A stretch of 64,000 nt of DNA, from positions 1 to 64,000 of the forward strand of contig CALSCP010000141.1 in assembly GCA_943704425.1 (NCBI GenBank), read 5' to 3'. The notes under the pieces are model-generated. The model was not told where the DNA came from. It was given only the letters and a program-made list of their open reading frames with translations, and searched no databases. The stretch's first letter is position 1, and the number at the start of each line of letters is the position of its first letter. Shown here piece after piece: positions 35,557 through 47,165 of this stretch. The stretch comes from Ministeria vibrans ATCC 50519 (Eukaryota > Protista > Filasterea). The position numbers were made by a program, and so were the translations under genes.

Positions 35557-37256
35557 TGGACCGGTGGCTTGCGTCGCAAGTGGTCGCACTTGGCGGCGCC
35601 TACGACCTTGATCTTGTGAGCTACGTGGTGTCTTTGTTTTCTGATGCTGGTGGGGATGACGACGATGACGACGACACGACGGAAATGGCCATTGAAATGC
35701 TCATGGGCCATCTGCCGCCCAGCACACCAGCCGCGTCGGTCGCACAGCTTGTTGATACCTGCCAACGCTACGTCCGGGACCCTGCGTTGATTCCAGAGGT
35801 TCCTCTTGAGGAAGAGAAGGGGCACGATGAGGATGAGGAGGAGGTAGGGCACAGCAACAATGACGACGACGACACCGGCGACGCAACTTGTGTCGCAGAT
35901 GACGATTTGGACGACCGTGACGGTGATGATGATGAGGTGGAGGATGGTAGCTCTGACAGTGAAGACGACACTGACGAGACGGGCGACAGGTTCGACTCGC
36001 CCGACATGGAGTTCCTCCTTGGCATGTTTCCATCGCTCTCACTGGAGGCACTGCACGACGCACTCGTTCGCTCACACGGAAACGTCACCGCCTGCACGGA
36101 CATTCTTCTTTTCAACACCAATACGAACGTGCCCGTCGCGCCAACGACCGCGGCGGGCACCCAGCCGGCCTGCAAGTACTATCTGGCGGGCGAGTGTCTG
36201 CGGGCCGACTGCATGTTCGCCCATGATCTTTCGCAGGTCGCGCCCTGCTCCTTCTTCCAGGCGGGTCTCTGCCTCAAGGGCGATGCCTGCCCCTTTGCCC
36301 ACTTTTACGCGGCACCAATTTCAACTGCAGCCACACCAGCGGTACCCCCTTCCGTCACTGCCCCTTCTCCTTCTCTCACCGAAGACCAATTTCCGTCACT
36401 TCCTTCGACCAAGGGCGCAGCGCCCTTCTCTGCCGCTGCGCCCTCTTCGCCTTCCCCTTCCTACTTGCGTGCCGCATCTCTCTCCAAGATCAGTGCTCTG
36501 CAACAAGCGTACCCATCCGTGCCCATTGCGTCGCTTGAGTCGATTCTGCTGCGCGAGTGTGGAGGTGTGCTCCAACAGGCTGAGAAGCGCATCGCAAACC
36601 TCTTTCCAGACGCAGTACGCTTCTGCACACGCACTGCATCCGACCGTCATGCCGAGACCGAGCGCGTCCGCCACGAGCTGCAAGAGAAGAGGGAACGCGA
36701 GCGGACCCGCGAAGGGCGTGTTGGGGGCACAACGGGAGTGCAGAGTGCTGCGCAAATTGCGCATCTGGTGGCGTGGGTGGACACGGGCGCATCTGTGCAC
36801 AAGTCGTACACGGAGATCCGGGCCGAGTCGAAGCGCACGGCCGAAGCGCGCAATCGATGTCTGCAGCTGGCGCGCGACTGCTATCTGGGCTCGCGTGGGG
36901 CTGCTGCGCGCGAGCACTCGCGCGCCGCACGAGAGCTGGACACGGAGATGCGTGCGCTCGAGGCGTGTGCGGCCGAGCAATTGTTTCGACAGCGCAATGC
37001 GACGTCGCCGGCAAATGTACTCGACCTGCATGGGCTGCACCGGCGCGAAGCCACGCACATCATCGATCTGCACCTGCCCTTGCTCGTATCCCGCTCGCTT
37101 CCCAATCTGCTTCTAATCTGCGGTACGGGACACCACTCACAAGGCGGCCATGCCCGCCTGCGCCCCGCCTGCCGCGCTCATGTCGCTGCACAGGGTTTTA
37201 ATGTCGTCGAGACCTCGCGCGACGGTCGTGGCGGCCTCCTCCTCGTTACCCTTTGA
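35556..37256 (+). CDS. CUE-like + 2x CCCH zinc finger + PAM2-like + DUF1771/Smr domain protein (Cue2/N4BP2/NONU-1-related endonuclease family)
   Basis: FLLGMFPSLS (CUE-like); CKYYLAGECLRADCMFAH and CSFFQAGLCLKGDACPFAH; EDQFPSL; Smr LDLHGLH...ICGTGHHS. Confidence 0.88.
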   Translation: MDRWLASQVVALGGAYDLDLVSYVVSLFSDAGGDDDDDDDTTEMAIEMLMGHLPPSTPAASVAQLVDTCQRYVRDPALIPEVPLEEEKGHDEDEEEVGHSNNDDDDTGDATCVADDDLDDRDGDDDEVEDGSSDSEDDTDETGDRFDSPDMEFLLGMFPSLSLEALHDALVRSHGNVTACTDILLFNTNTNVPVAPTTAAGTQPACKYYLAGECLRADCMFAHDLSQVAPCSFFQAGLCLKGDACPFAHFYAAPISTAATPAVPPSVTAPSPSLTEDQFPSLPSTKGAAPFSAAAPSSPSPSYLRAASLSKISALQQAYPSVPIASLESILLRECGGVLQQAEKRIANLFPDAVRFCTRTASDRHAETERVRHELQEKRERERTREGRVGGTTGVQSAAQIAHLVAWVDTGASVHKSYTEIRAESKRTAEARNRCLQLARDCYLGSRGAAAREHSRAARELDTEMRALEACAAEQLFRQRNATSPANVLDLHGLHRREATHIIDLHLPLLVSRSLPNLLLICGTGHHSQGGHARLRPACRAHVAAQGFNVVETSRDGRGGLLLVTL

Positions 37257-37296
37257 TCACCAACGATGATGACTCCCCATCTCCCTCCACACTACA

Positions 37297-37297
<1 letters not shown>

Positions 37298-37359
<62 letters not shown>
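37298..37359. repeat. (CA)n microsatellite between convergent genes
   Basis: Pure CA run. Confidence 0.95.
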
Positions 37360-37362
<3 letters not shown>

Positions 37363-37410
37363 CCTACATTTTTATCTTGTACTTTTTTTTGTTTGTAATG
37401 TATTTCTTAT

Positions 37411-38193
37411 TCACATGATATCACGAACGCACTCGATCATCTTCTGCGACAGGTACTGCCACCCCTCGTCGTTGTAGTGAACGTTGTTTGGGAGTTGAAT
37501 GGAGCGGGAGGAGTACGAGCCGGTGCCCTGAGGGTCGCATTTGGCCATGACCCACGCGTACAAGTCGCATGTCTTGATCGCACTACCGTAGGGCGCCATC
37601 ACCTTCGAGAATGAGAACAAACGTGAGTTGATGGAAGAGACGGGATTGTGGAACGTGAAAGCACCTCTTGAGCGATTTTGTTGAAGGCAATGACATTCTT
37701 GTTGTGGCGCGGAGGGGTCACAGTCGCATTGGGTACGGGCGTTGTGGTCGACCAAATAAGTTTTGCACCAGTCCTGGTATAGGTGTGGGTTAGAGCCAAT
37801 GAGCACATCAAGTAATACTCTTATGATTCGCATCGTCCACAATTACAACAACACAAAACGTACTTGCTGAGCCGTCGAGTGATCTCACTCAAGAGATGAC
37901 GGTACGTCTCTGGCGCCAGTTGCTCGAGATCTTCGCACAGGTCGTGGAGTCCAAACTGAAAGGAGATGATGTCCCACTGTCGAGAAGGCTCGCCAAGGAA
38001 GGTTGAAAGGCAGTGGACGCCCAAATTGGTGTTCGCGGCATTGCCAGAGTTGTGCACACTCTCAAGCGCAGTCAGGTTGGCAAACACAAGCTGTTTCATG
38101 CCCAGAGAAATGCTGTCTCCAATCATGAGGTACTGGGGCTTGCTCTGCACGGCGGGAGAGCCGGAAGGACTGTGAGCGAAAAGAGAAGCACCC

Positions 38194-38233
<40 letters not shown>

Positions 38234-38491
38234 CACCGTTTTCGGGCTGGAGGGCGTCGTTGGCGTTGGACACTGTGCGTCGGCGCACATGCAGGTGACG
38301 TTGTGTCCACTGGGGCCAATAATGCAAGGGAGCGCCTCGGGGCTTGCTGATCGCAGACAGCGCCAACAGGAATCAGTCGAGAGGTGACAATCCATGTCAT
38401 TGCTGCATCCGTGGCACGTCTGTGCGCCCGCTCCCGCGACCAACAAAGCAACCAAAGTGCTACCGATACTGATAGCCAGGAAGAGGCGCAT
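37411..38491 (-). CDS. Secreted SGNH/GDSL hydrolase with small N-terminal Cys-rich module, multi-exon
   Basis: Signal peptide; IGDSIS, SGNAANT, WDIISFQFGLHDL, WSTTTPVP, DLY, NNVHY. Confidence 0.85.
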
Positions 38492-38598
38492 GGGAGATGA
38501 GAGATTGAGTGATGATTGATCATATGCATATTCATTTCGCTTGTTTCAACTGTCACTTCACTCACTTGACACTTTACACTTATATAAACTGCTTCAAT

Positions 38599-40702
38599 AT
38601 GGCCTCTGTTCCTCCTGTGTGGAACGATATCTCGTCGCAGCGCTGGCGTGAGGTGTCTCCGCTGGCGTCGTCGGTGAGCAGCGATGAGCTGGTGCGCCAC
38701 GTTCTGCAACGCCGCCGCGCACCCCAGTGGCTGCCGCAGAAGCCCACCGACGACGGCGTCCACGTCAGCTTTGCCATGGTTCCCCCGTGTCCTGTTGTTT
38801 CCACTCTCTACAAATGGGAAGTCGACCATTCGCTGGATGAGCTCATCAGCATGTTCGACACGAATTTTTTGGAACAGTACGTCTTTTGACCTTATCCTCT
38901 CCTTTTGCTCACACATGCACGCACGCACGCACGCACGCACCTCTCCCATTCTCACACTGCAGGTCCCCCCTGTGGGATCATACCTTTGTCGAGGGTAAGA
39001 TCCTCGAAGAACTGGTGCCGCAGACGCCCGAGCGCCATGAGATCATTGTGCACACCATGTTCAAAATGCCAATGCCCTTTGCGAACCGCACGCTTCTCTG
39101 GAAGATGGTGCGCCGCCCCATTGACAAGAGCGTCGATGACCAGGGTACGCCACTGTCTTTATTCGCTTCGTCTTATGATTGGGAGGGGTTTTTCTGCTTT
39201 TAGCTGTTGATGGAAGTGTCATTATGGCATGGTGCTCAGTGCAGCACGACGCAGTGCCGACCACGACACGCTACCCTCGCGCGCTGCTGTACCCCTGCTG
39301 CGATGTGTTTGTGCCCTTGTCGGCGAACAAGTGTCGCATCGAACGATTCATCTCCTGCGACGTGCGCATTCCTCTGGCGGATTTTGTCATCAACAAGATG
39401 ATGCGCGGCAAAATGTTCACGACGTACGTCAACGAGACGCGTAGCGTTCGTCGGGCCTTGAAGCAGCTGAAGGACGGGCGCGATGGCAAGGCTGAGGCAG
39501 GTCCCGCAGCCAGTGTGGAGAAAGAAGAGTTTGTCTCGTCCGAGTTGCAGGGCGGCGGAGGCGATGAAGTCGCACACGAAGAGGTGAAGGAGGACAAGGT
39601 GGTGGACGAAACTGTCACCGGTGGTGAAGCCTCGAAGCATGTCGAGGAGGAGGTAGTTGTCACTGCTGAAGTTGCTGCCAAGAAGGCTGAGGAGGCTGCT
39701 GCTGCCAAGAAGGCTGAGGAGGAGGCTGCTGCCAAGAAGGCTGAGGAGGAGGCTGCTGCCAAGAAGGCTGAGGAGGCTGCTGCTGCCAAGAAGGCTGAGG
39801 AGGCTGCTGCTGCCAAGAAGGCTGAGGAGGAGGCTGCTGCCAAGAAGGCCGAGGAGGAAGCTGCTGCCAAGAAGGCCGAGGAGGAAGCTGCTGCCAAGAA
39901 GGCCGAGGAGGAGGCAGCTGCCAAGAAGGCCGAGGAGGAGGCAGCTGCCAAGAAGGCCGAGGAGGAGGCAGCTGCCAAGAAGGCTGAGGAGGAAGCTGCT
40001 GCCAAGAAGGCCGAGGAGGAGGCTGCTGCCAAGAAGGCCGAGGAGGAGGCTGCTGCCAAGAAGGCCGAGGAGGAAGCTGCTGCCAAGAAGGCCGAGGAGG
40101 AAGCTGCTGCCAAGAAGGCTGAGGAGGAAGCTGCTGCCAAGAAGGCCGAGGAGGAAGCTGCTGCCAAGAAGGTCGAGGAGGAGGCTGCTGCCAAGAAGGC
40201 TGAGGAGGAAGCAGCTGCCAAGAAGGCTGAGGAGGAAGCTGCTGCCAAGAAGGCTGAGGAGGAAGCTGCTGCCAAGAAGGCCGAGGAGGAGGCTGCTGCC
40301 AAGAAGGCTGAGGAGGAAGCTGCTGCCAAGAAGGCCGAGGAGGAAGCAGCTGCCAAGAAGGCTGAGGAGGAAGCTGCTGTTGAGCCTGTTGCTGAGGCTA
40401 CTGAGTCCACTGAGCCGTCTGCCGCTGAAACTGTTGAGCCTGTCGCTGAGGCTACTGAGTCCACTGAGTCTCCTGCGGCTGAAACTGCTCAGGCTGTCGA
40501 TGAGGCTACTGAGTCCACTGAGTCGCCAGCCGATGAATCTGCCGAGCCTGCTGGTGACGAGGATGATGAGGCTGCTGGTGACGATGCAGCCGACGAGCCC
40601 GAGGCCAGTGCAAGCTCATCAAACGCCGCCAGCGGCGCTAGTGGCGGCACCAGTGGTGGAGGTGGTGCGAAGAAGCGAAAGAAGAAGGGAAAGAAGAAGT
40701 AA
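38599..40702 (+). CDS. START-like lipid-binding domain + (AAAKKAEEE)x~26 rod + acidic segment + polybasic C-terminus; 3 exons
   Basis: WDHTFVEGKILEEL, FKMPMPFANR, CSVQHDAVP...YPRA, CDVRIPLADFVIN; terminus AKKRKKKGKKK*. Confidence 0.8.
39672..40378 (+). repeat. Coding 27-bp tandem repeat (about 26 units)
   Basis: GCTGCTGCCAAGAAGGC(T/C)GAGGAGGA(G/A) units with mostly synonymous variation. Confidence 0.95.
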
Positions 40703-40779
40703 AGCAACCCCAAAACCAAGATCTAAATATCAAAAATTATTGAATTTAGTCACTCTTTTTTTTAATCAACCGACTCCTC

Positions 40780-41444
40780 ATGAAAAAAACATTGTTCAAT
40801 CCCATTCACGGCAAGCCTTCTCACCCAGCAGCACGCGTTGTTGACTTGGGTGGCGACCCTCGCATCTGGAAGAATTCCATGTCAGAAACCGCTCAAGCGC
40901 TTGTTCCGTCCTTCACGCCTCTCGCGCAGCTCTCCGTCGACGAATACAACGTGGTACGTCATAGTTACAAACAAAAACACCAACTTTCTCCAATTGTCAA
41001 AGCTGAAACGTAAAGAGAAAAGAAGAAGAAAAAAAAGCATCGAACGTGTTCACGACAACGAAAAAAAATGTAAATTGCCGCGCAAATTCTCGCTTTTCGC
41101 AAAAAAAAAATGCGTCCTTTGATAAATTGGTTGTTCGTCAAGTTTGCGCGTGCGTACATCCATTAGTGTCCTTCTTCTCATGTCAGAGACAGCTCCCATT
41201 GCTTTAGCTTTGGAGCACACTCCACCGAATTGAACTAATCATAATCCGAGACGAGAACACACAGACTATCTCAAAACAATATTAATCTCACTCTTAATTA
41301 CGCTCCTAACAGAACATTGAAGGATTCCTTGTGAAAAAGTCCAGCGTCAAGTCCTTCACACGAGGTACCTATTCAAAAAAAGAGCGTGATTATACCTACC
41401 ATACTATTATTATAATAATAAGAAGAAGAATACAACCCATTTAT

Positions 41445-41518
<74 letters not shown>

Positions 41519-43871
41519 TAAATTTATTATTATTATTACTTATGAGTTTTTGTGACGTAGACCCGTCCAAGGGAGCAACCCATCGATTTTCCATGACGAT
41601 TCGTGACAGTGCGCGCGACATTATCAATTTGGTTGTGTGGGCAGGCAATTTGGAGATGCTTGAAGAATGCTTCAGCAAGTGCACAATTGGGGGATGGCTG
41701 TGCTGCTCGGGCTGTCGTATCGCGACCAAAGAGGTGGGCGATCGTGCGGTCTATTCGCCATTCACATCGAGTCTTTACGAAGCGTCCATTCGACTACACT
41801 CGAGCACACTCGTGCTTCCCATCACCTGCGACATTAGCTCGGCAGCCACGGAGCGAGCCAAGGCGTTTCGCTCGCTTGTGCCACCGCAAAGTAGCATGGC
41901 GTCACTCGCGTCCATTTCCGACATCCTTGAACAAAGCATGACGCTGGAGGGCGTACGCTCTGTTTCGGTTTACTGCGTTGTGAAAAAGGTACAAAATACT
42001 ACTAAAAACCCCGAAGAAGAAGACGACGGCCGGCGGAAAAAAAATATTAATATTACATGTTGTATTCTTCTTCTAATTATTATTATTATAACAATAATAA
42101 TAACTGCATTCGTAAAGGTGGGAGAAGCGCAGACAATTAAAGCGCGCGCGTCCGACAAGGTTTACACAAAGCTAGATGTGTCTGTGTTGGACACAACGGG
42201 AAGTACAGTTTTAGAGCTGTGGAATGCAGACACTGCAAATGCCGATGATTGGGTTGCCGGACACACAGGTTAGAATGAGAAATGCAATAATACTAGTAAT
42301 AATAAATAATTCCCATTAACTGGTTTTTTTAGTGCTTCTGTTGATCAACGTCTCAATGAAATACAACTCGTTCCACAAACGCGCACAGCTTTCGTACGGC
42401 CTCCAGTCGTGGGCTGTGCTCTGGCCTGCCTGTCCCGAAGGCGAGACCCTGTACAAGTACGTGCAGAGCAATCAGTCGCTGCTGGAAACAAGTGACGCAG
42501 CCGAAGCGCAGCTGCAAGATCCTCCCAGTACGATAACAAGAAAATTTTAGCATACTTCAACGTTCACGTTGACATACATGTATATGTCTGTGCAGTTTTC
42601 ATTCAATCCTTATAAATATTATAATAATCTTTAATTTTAGTCGAGGAAATTGTCGACGTCAAGTCGTGTCGCTCAGTGTCCGAACTTTCCTCTTCACACA
42701 AAGGTACCTTTATAAAATATAATTATAATAATACTTATTATTATAGCCATGACATCTGCATTTGACAAGACGTAATAATTATAATTATAATAATATTTTG
42801 CACGTGTATTAAACACGTATAATTATTTTAAACGCTTTAATATTATAATAATACAAAAAAAATAATGTAACAATATAATTATAATAATTATTATTATTAT
42901 TATTATAGGCCACCATGATCAGATGCAGTACTTTTCCGTGTGTGGGTTTATTACTGCCGCGGAGACGTCGCGGCTCGCCCAGTTCAAGTGGTAGACATGC
43001 ATTACAAAAAGCCCCGCATACATTTGATCAAATAATTTTCCCATTGTTCCAGCTCGCATTGCAAAGACGAGGTTATGAGCAGCGACACAAAGTGCGCTCA
43101 TTCTGAGTGTATCCAGGCTGAAGCAACTGTCTTGGAGAAGCTTGCGCTGCCGCTCACTATTGCAGATCCAACTGGATCGCTGCGCCTCTTCCTCTATGAC
43201 ACCCTTGTCTCTGATTTGCTCTGCACAACAGTTAAGAATCCAAATAATAATAATTATTAATTTTTTTATCACCATCATCACCAACATACAAAATAAGAAC
43301 AAAAATAATTAATAGTAATAATTTATTATTAATAAAACCATGACTATAATTAATAATAATTATTGTATACTAAATTGAATAATAATAATATTTGATATAA
43401 TAATTATTATTAATAATTTATTATTTTATTAATTTTGTATTATTTTTATTATTAAATTTTTATTATTTTTATTATTTTTATTATTTTTATTATAATACGA
43501 AAGGGAGAGCAAATTGTCCGCATGACAAGAGCCCAATGTGACGATATTGAACAGGCGCTCCCCTTTCAGCCAGTCAAAGTGTGGCTCAAGGTACGCCATT
43601 TGTCATCTCAAAAATAATACAGTGACATAACAACAAGAACAACAACAACAAGAACAACAACAAGATAATAATCATAATAATAATAATAATTACGTCTTAA
43701 TAATAATAATAATAAAAAATAAAAACATATTAAATTATTATTATTAAATCTTGCGTTTTTCACTAGAGTTATGAGAGCAAAGAGGGACATGTGCGACTCA
43801 AGGCACTGCACTGCAAGCGGGAGGCTCCGCACGACGCAGCCGCACACATCACACAGCTCATTCACGACTGA
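40780..43871 (+). CDS. MEIOB: Meiosis-specific OB-fold protein (RPA1 paralog), multi-exon; start could instead be 40879
   Basis: FSMTIRDS..INLVVW, YSPFTSS, CVVKKVGE..VLDTT..LW..W..TVLLLINV..YNSF, zinc ribbon CSHC..CAHSEC, IADPTGSL, all parallel to the recalled MEIOB sequence. Confidence 0.78.
41446..41513. repeat. (AAT)n microsatellite in intron
   Basis: Pure AAT run. Confidence 0.95.
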
Positions 43872-43936
43872 GCAGTCAAAACTGAAATATTTTTTACAAC
43901 AACAAAAAAAGAACAAAAAGAACTTCATACAAAAGG

Positions 43937-46433
43937 TCAATCGTTGCCTTCCTGAACAATCTTCGTCTGCTCATCTGCAGCAGCTTCGTCGTCCTTTCCC
44001 TTCTTTGCCTGTTCGTCCTCGTCTTCGTCCTCGTACTCATCGTAGCTCGTGTCAAAAAGAGGATTAATCTTAGGGATGTCAGTGATGGAGGGCGCGGGAG
44101 CAGCTGCGGGTTTCTCCGTGTCAACGGAATCCGCATCAGTGGAAGTGAGCATTGCATTTGTCTGCACAGGACTCGCCCGACGCTCTTTCTTCTCCTTGCG
44201 ACCCCACTTGAGACTGGGAATGCGTCGCGTCACCGAGGCGAGTGGGTTCTTCGACAACGACGACGACGACGACGACGCCGATGTGCCCACATCACCCGTA
44301 TCCGTCGCCACCTCCGCCTCCGACGACGCACTTGTTCGGCCACTCTTCGTTGACGTCTCCCCCTCCCGCTCTTTTCTCTCCTCCTCCACCGCCACAGGCA
44401 CATACGCTCCTCCACCACCCACCCGTGCCCTCGGCGCCTCCACCTTGTTTTTCTTGTCCACAATCGGGGCCACACTCTCAGGAAACAATCGACAGTGCAG
44501 TGCCCTACAAATCACGCACAAATGATTGATCATTACGATTAGCTTTCTGTCTCTTTTGTGAGTGAGCGAGTAAGTGAGTGAGTGAGTGAGTGTGTGTCTG
44601 TGTGTGTGCGTTGTGTGTGTGTGTGTGCGTTGTGTGTGTGTGTGTGTGTGTTGTACATACTCGATTTCCCGTTCACAATTGGTTGCAAGCGACACTCCAC
44701 AGACCAGTTCCATCACACTACTCGCTTTGTCCAGCAGTATGTGAATATCTAAAACAGCACACACTCAAAAAAGTCAATACAACACACACTTATCGCAATT
44801 GGCCTGACCTGTGTCTGGATAGGACTGGAGTAGTTTGACTGTCATGGCAAAGTCACCATTAATAATATCATCGCGAACCAATCTAACAAACAGAGTGAGT
44901 GACATAAGACACGAATGAGACATGAATGAGACAGTGTGTGTGTGTGTGTTTCTTACATAACCATCGCAGCACAGAGATAGAGCAGAAAGTCGTAGCGATC
45001 AGGGTCGGATATGAGTGAGTCCCACATGCGAATGACGTCGGGCAGATGGAATTCCTGACTGAGCATCAGAGTGACCCACCGAAACGCAAAGAAGTGCGGT
45101 TTGATCCCCTTATCAATCTGAACGAGAGCAAAAGTGAGCAAAAGAGAGGAAAAAGAGAGCAAAAGAGAGAAACACCCAGTAAGGGTGTCGGGTGAGAAAA
45201 GAAAGAAAAAAAAAGAAAATTAATAAAGAAATAGAAAGAAACAGAGTGATAGAGGAAAAAAGAAACAACGTGATAGAGAGAGACACACACACACACACAA
45301 TAGATAATTCGTACAAGGTCGTGCCAAAGGGGTTCGTCTGCCAAGTGAATGATTTTCATAATGCGGTTCATCTGAGCACTGATTCCCACATGTTCATCAA
45401 CATCCAACGCCTAAGTAATCACGCAATCAGCCCAAATCAGTTCAACACACACACATACAGACACACACATACAGACACACAGACACAGACACAGACACAC
45501 ACACAAACACACACACACACAGACAGACACACACAGACACGCAGACACACAGACACACAGACACACACAGACTAGTACTTTGATGAAGTTGTCGCGGACT
45601 TCGCCCATAAGCATGGTGAAGCAGAAAAAGGCGTCTGCCTCGCATTGCATGCGCCACTCGGGCGACGGGTCGTTGGCAAATACAAAGTAGAGGGGCGCCA
45701 GCAGCTCATTCATCCCCTGAATGTAGCGCACGCCCGGGTTCAATTTGGCATACAGGAACAGGATTCGCTCAAGGACTTCCCAGTGCTCTTCGCCCGATGA
45801 ATCACTCTTTGCCTCGGCTGCGCAGCTTCCTGACTCGCTCGCACTCGCTGACGTCGTCGTCGGTGCTGATGCTGGTGCTGGTGTTGATGTCGCCGTCGTC
45901 GGTTCAGTCTCGTGTACGAGCGTGTCTTTGCGCGGCCTTTGCTCCCCCTCGTCGTCGTTGTCATCGTCGTCTTCTTCTTCTACCACCTCCTCCTCTTCTT
46001 CGTCTTCTTCGTCTCCACTCGCCTCCTCACTTACCGGCTGCGACAATGTCGCACTCAACGGGTGAGCTTTGATTCCATCCCACGACCCAAACAGCCCATC
46101 GGTGTCCTCCTCGTCGTCATCGCCAAACAGCGATGCGTTCTTTGCTGACTGCGCTCTATTCTTCTTTGCTTTGGTCTTCTTTCGACCATCGCCCGTCTTC
46201 TCGTCCACCGACGTCGCAGGAGCACCACCAGCACCGGCCGCCGGCCGGCCGCCCGGCCTCTCGTCCCGGCTGAGCGACGACGACGACGCCTTGAGCGTTG
46301 TTCGCTCGACGCGGTTCTTCAGCGAGAACAGCTCGACGTAGGAGCCGTCCTCGCGCGTCAGCGGATGCGGGAAGTGCGTCTTGGTCTGGAAGAACGCAAT
46401 GTCTGGCAGTGTTCTCCGTACATCCTTGTCAAT
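43937..46433 (-). CDS. TBC1D13: TBC-domain Rab GAP, TBC1D13-like; N-terminal part apparently missing
   Basis: QIDKDVRRTLPDIAFFQ, HWEVLERILFLYAKLNPGVRYIQGMNELLAPLY, EADAFFCF, FAFRWVTLMLSQEFHLPDVIRMWDSL. Confidence 0.85.
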
Positions 46434-46591
46434 CTGCGCAAGAACCACACAGACGCCAGAGTGTTTCACTGCGCAATTTCTTGTTGACACCCAACGTCAA
46501 AAAAAAAAAAGAAAAAAAAAAAAAAAAAAAAAGAGATAAGGAGAACGAAAAAACACCGTCTGATGGGTGCGCAAAAGGATGGGCGGGGTAC

Positions 46592-46919
46592 CCTTGAGAT
46601 TGTCGACACGGCCACGGAACCGCTCGACGCCGCAGGACCAGCCGACCGAGTGATCCGCTGCCTTGACAACGGTGCGATTTTTCACCTCCTCCGGTTTGGT
46701 GGCAAACTCGCGTGCCAGCGGCAGCAGGTTCATGCGCGCCTCCATGAAGCCAGGCACGTGGGCGACCGTCAGCAGACCCAAGCCGGTTGGCCCAAAGGCC
46801 TCTTCGATCTGCGCATCAAGGATTTTCGCATCGTCGCTGTCGCTTGGCGCCGACGACGCCTTGACCAGGTCGGCGTACTCGAACGTCACCACTTTGGGCA
46901 CTTTGGGTTCTTCAGACAT
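46592..46919 (-). CDS. First exon of a 2OG-Fe(II) oxygenase-like (DIOX_N type) protein; catalytic remainder not found
   Basis: IEEAFGPTGLGLLTVAHVP...LLPLA..FA...SVGWSCGVE..D.LKG, then a GT donor. Confidence 0.7.
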
Positions 46920-47165
46920 TGCTGTAGAATGTATATTCAGAATGAAACAAAAGTCAAAACTGTGAGGTGCTGAGTGATCGACAGTGGTCAGTGAGCGAGT
47001 CAAAGAGTGAGTGTTACAGAAATAATGCTATAATAATTATATTAATTATTTGTGTTATTCCATCATATTATTAAATTTTCGAATAATTTTCAATCACAAA
47101 CGAAAAGCGACAAAACAGGTAGCTCAGAGAAGAGACTTTCTACGTCATTGAATTTCTTATGTTTG

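Noticed and set aside
39271-40844. Alternative-frame and antisense ORFs (LLPRR and AAASSSAFL repeats)
   Set aside because: By-products of the 27-bp coding repeat; unit variation is synonymous in the AAAKKAEEE frame
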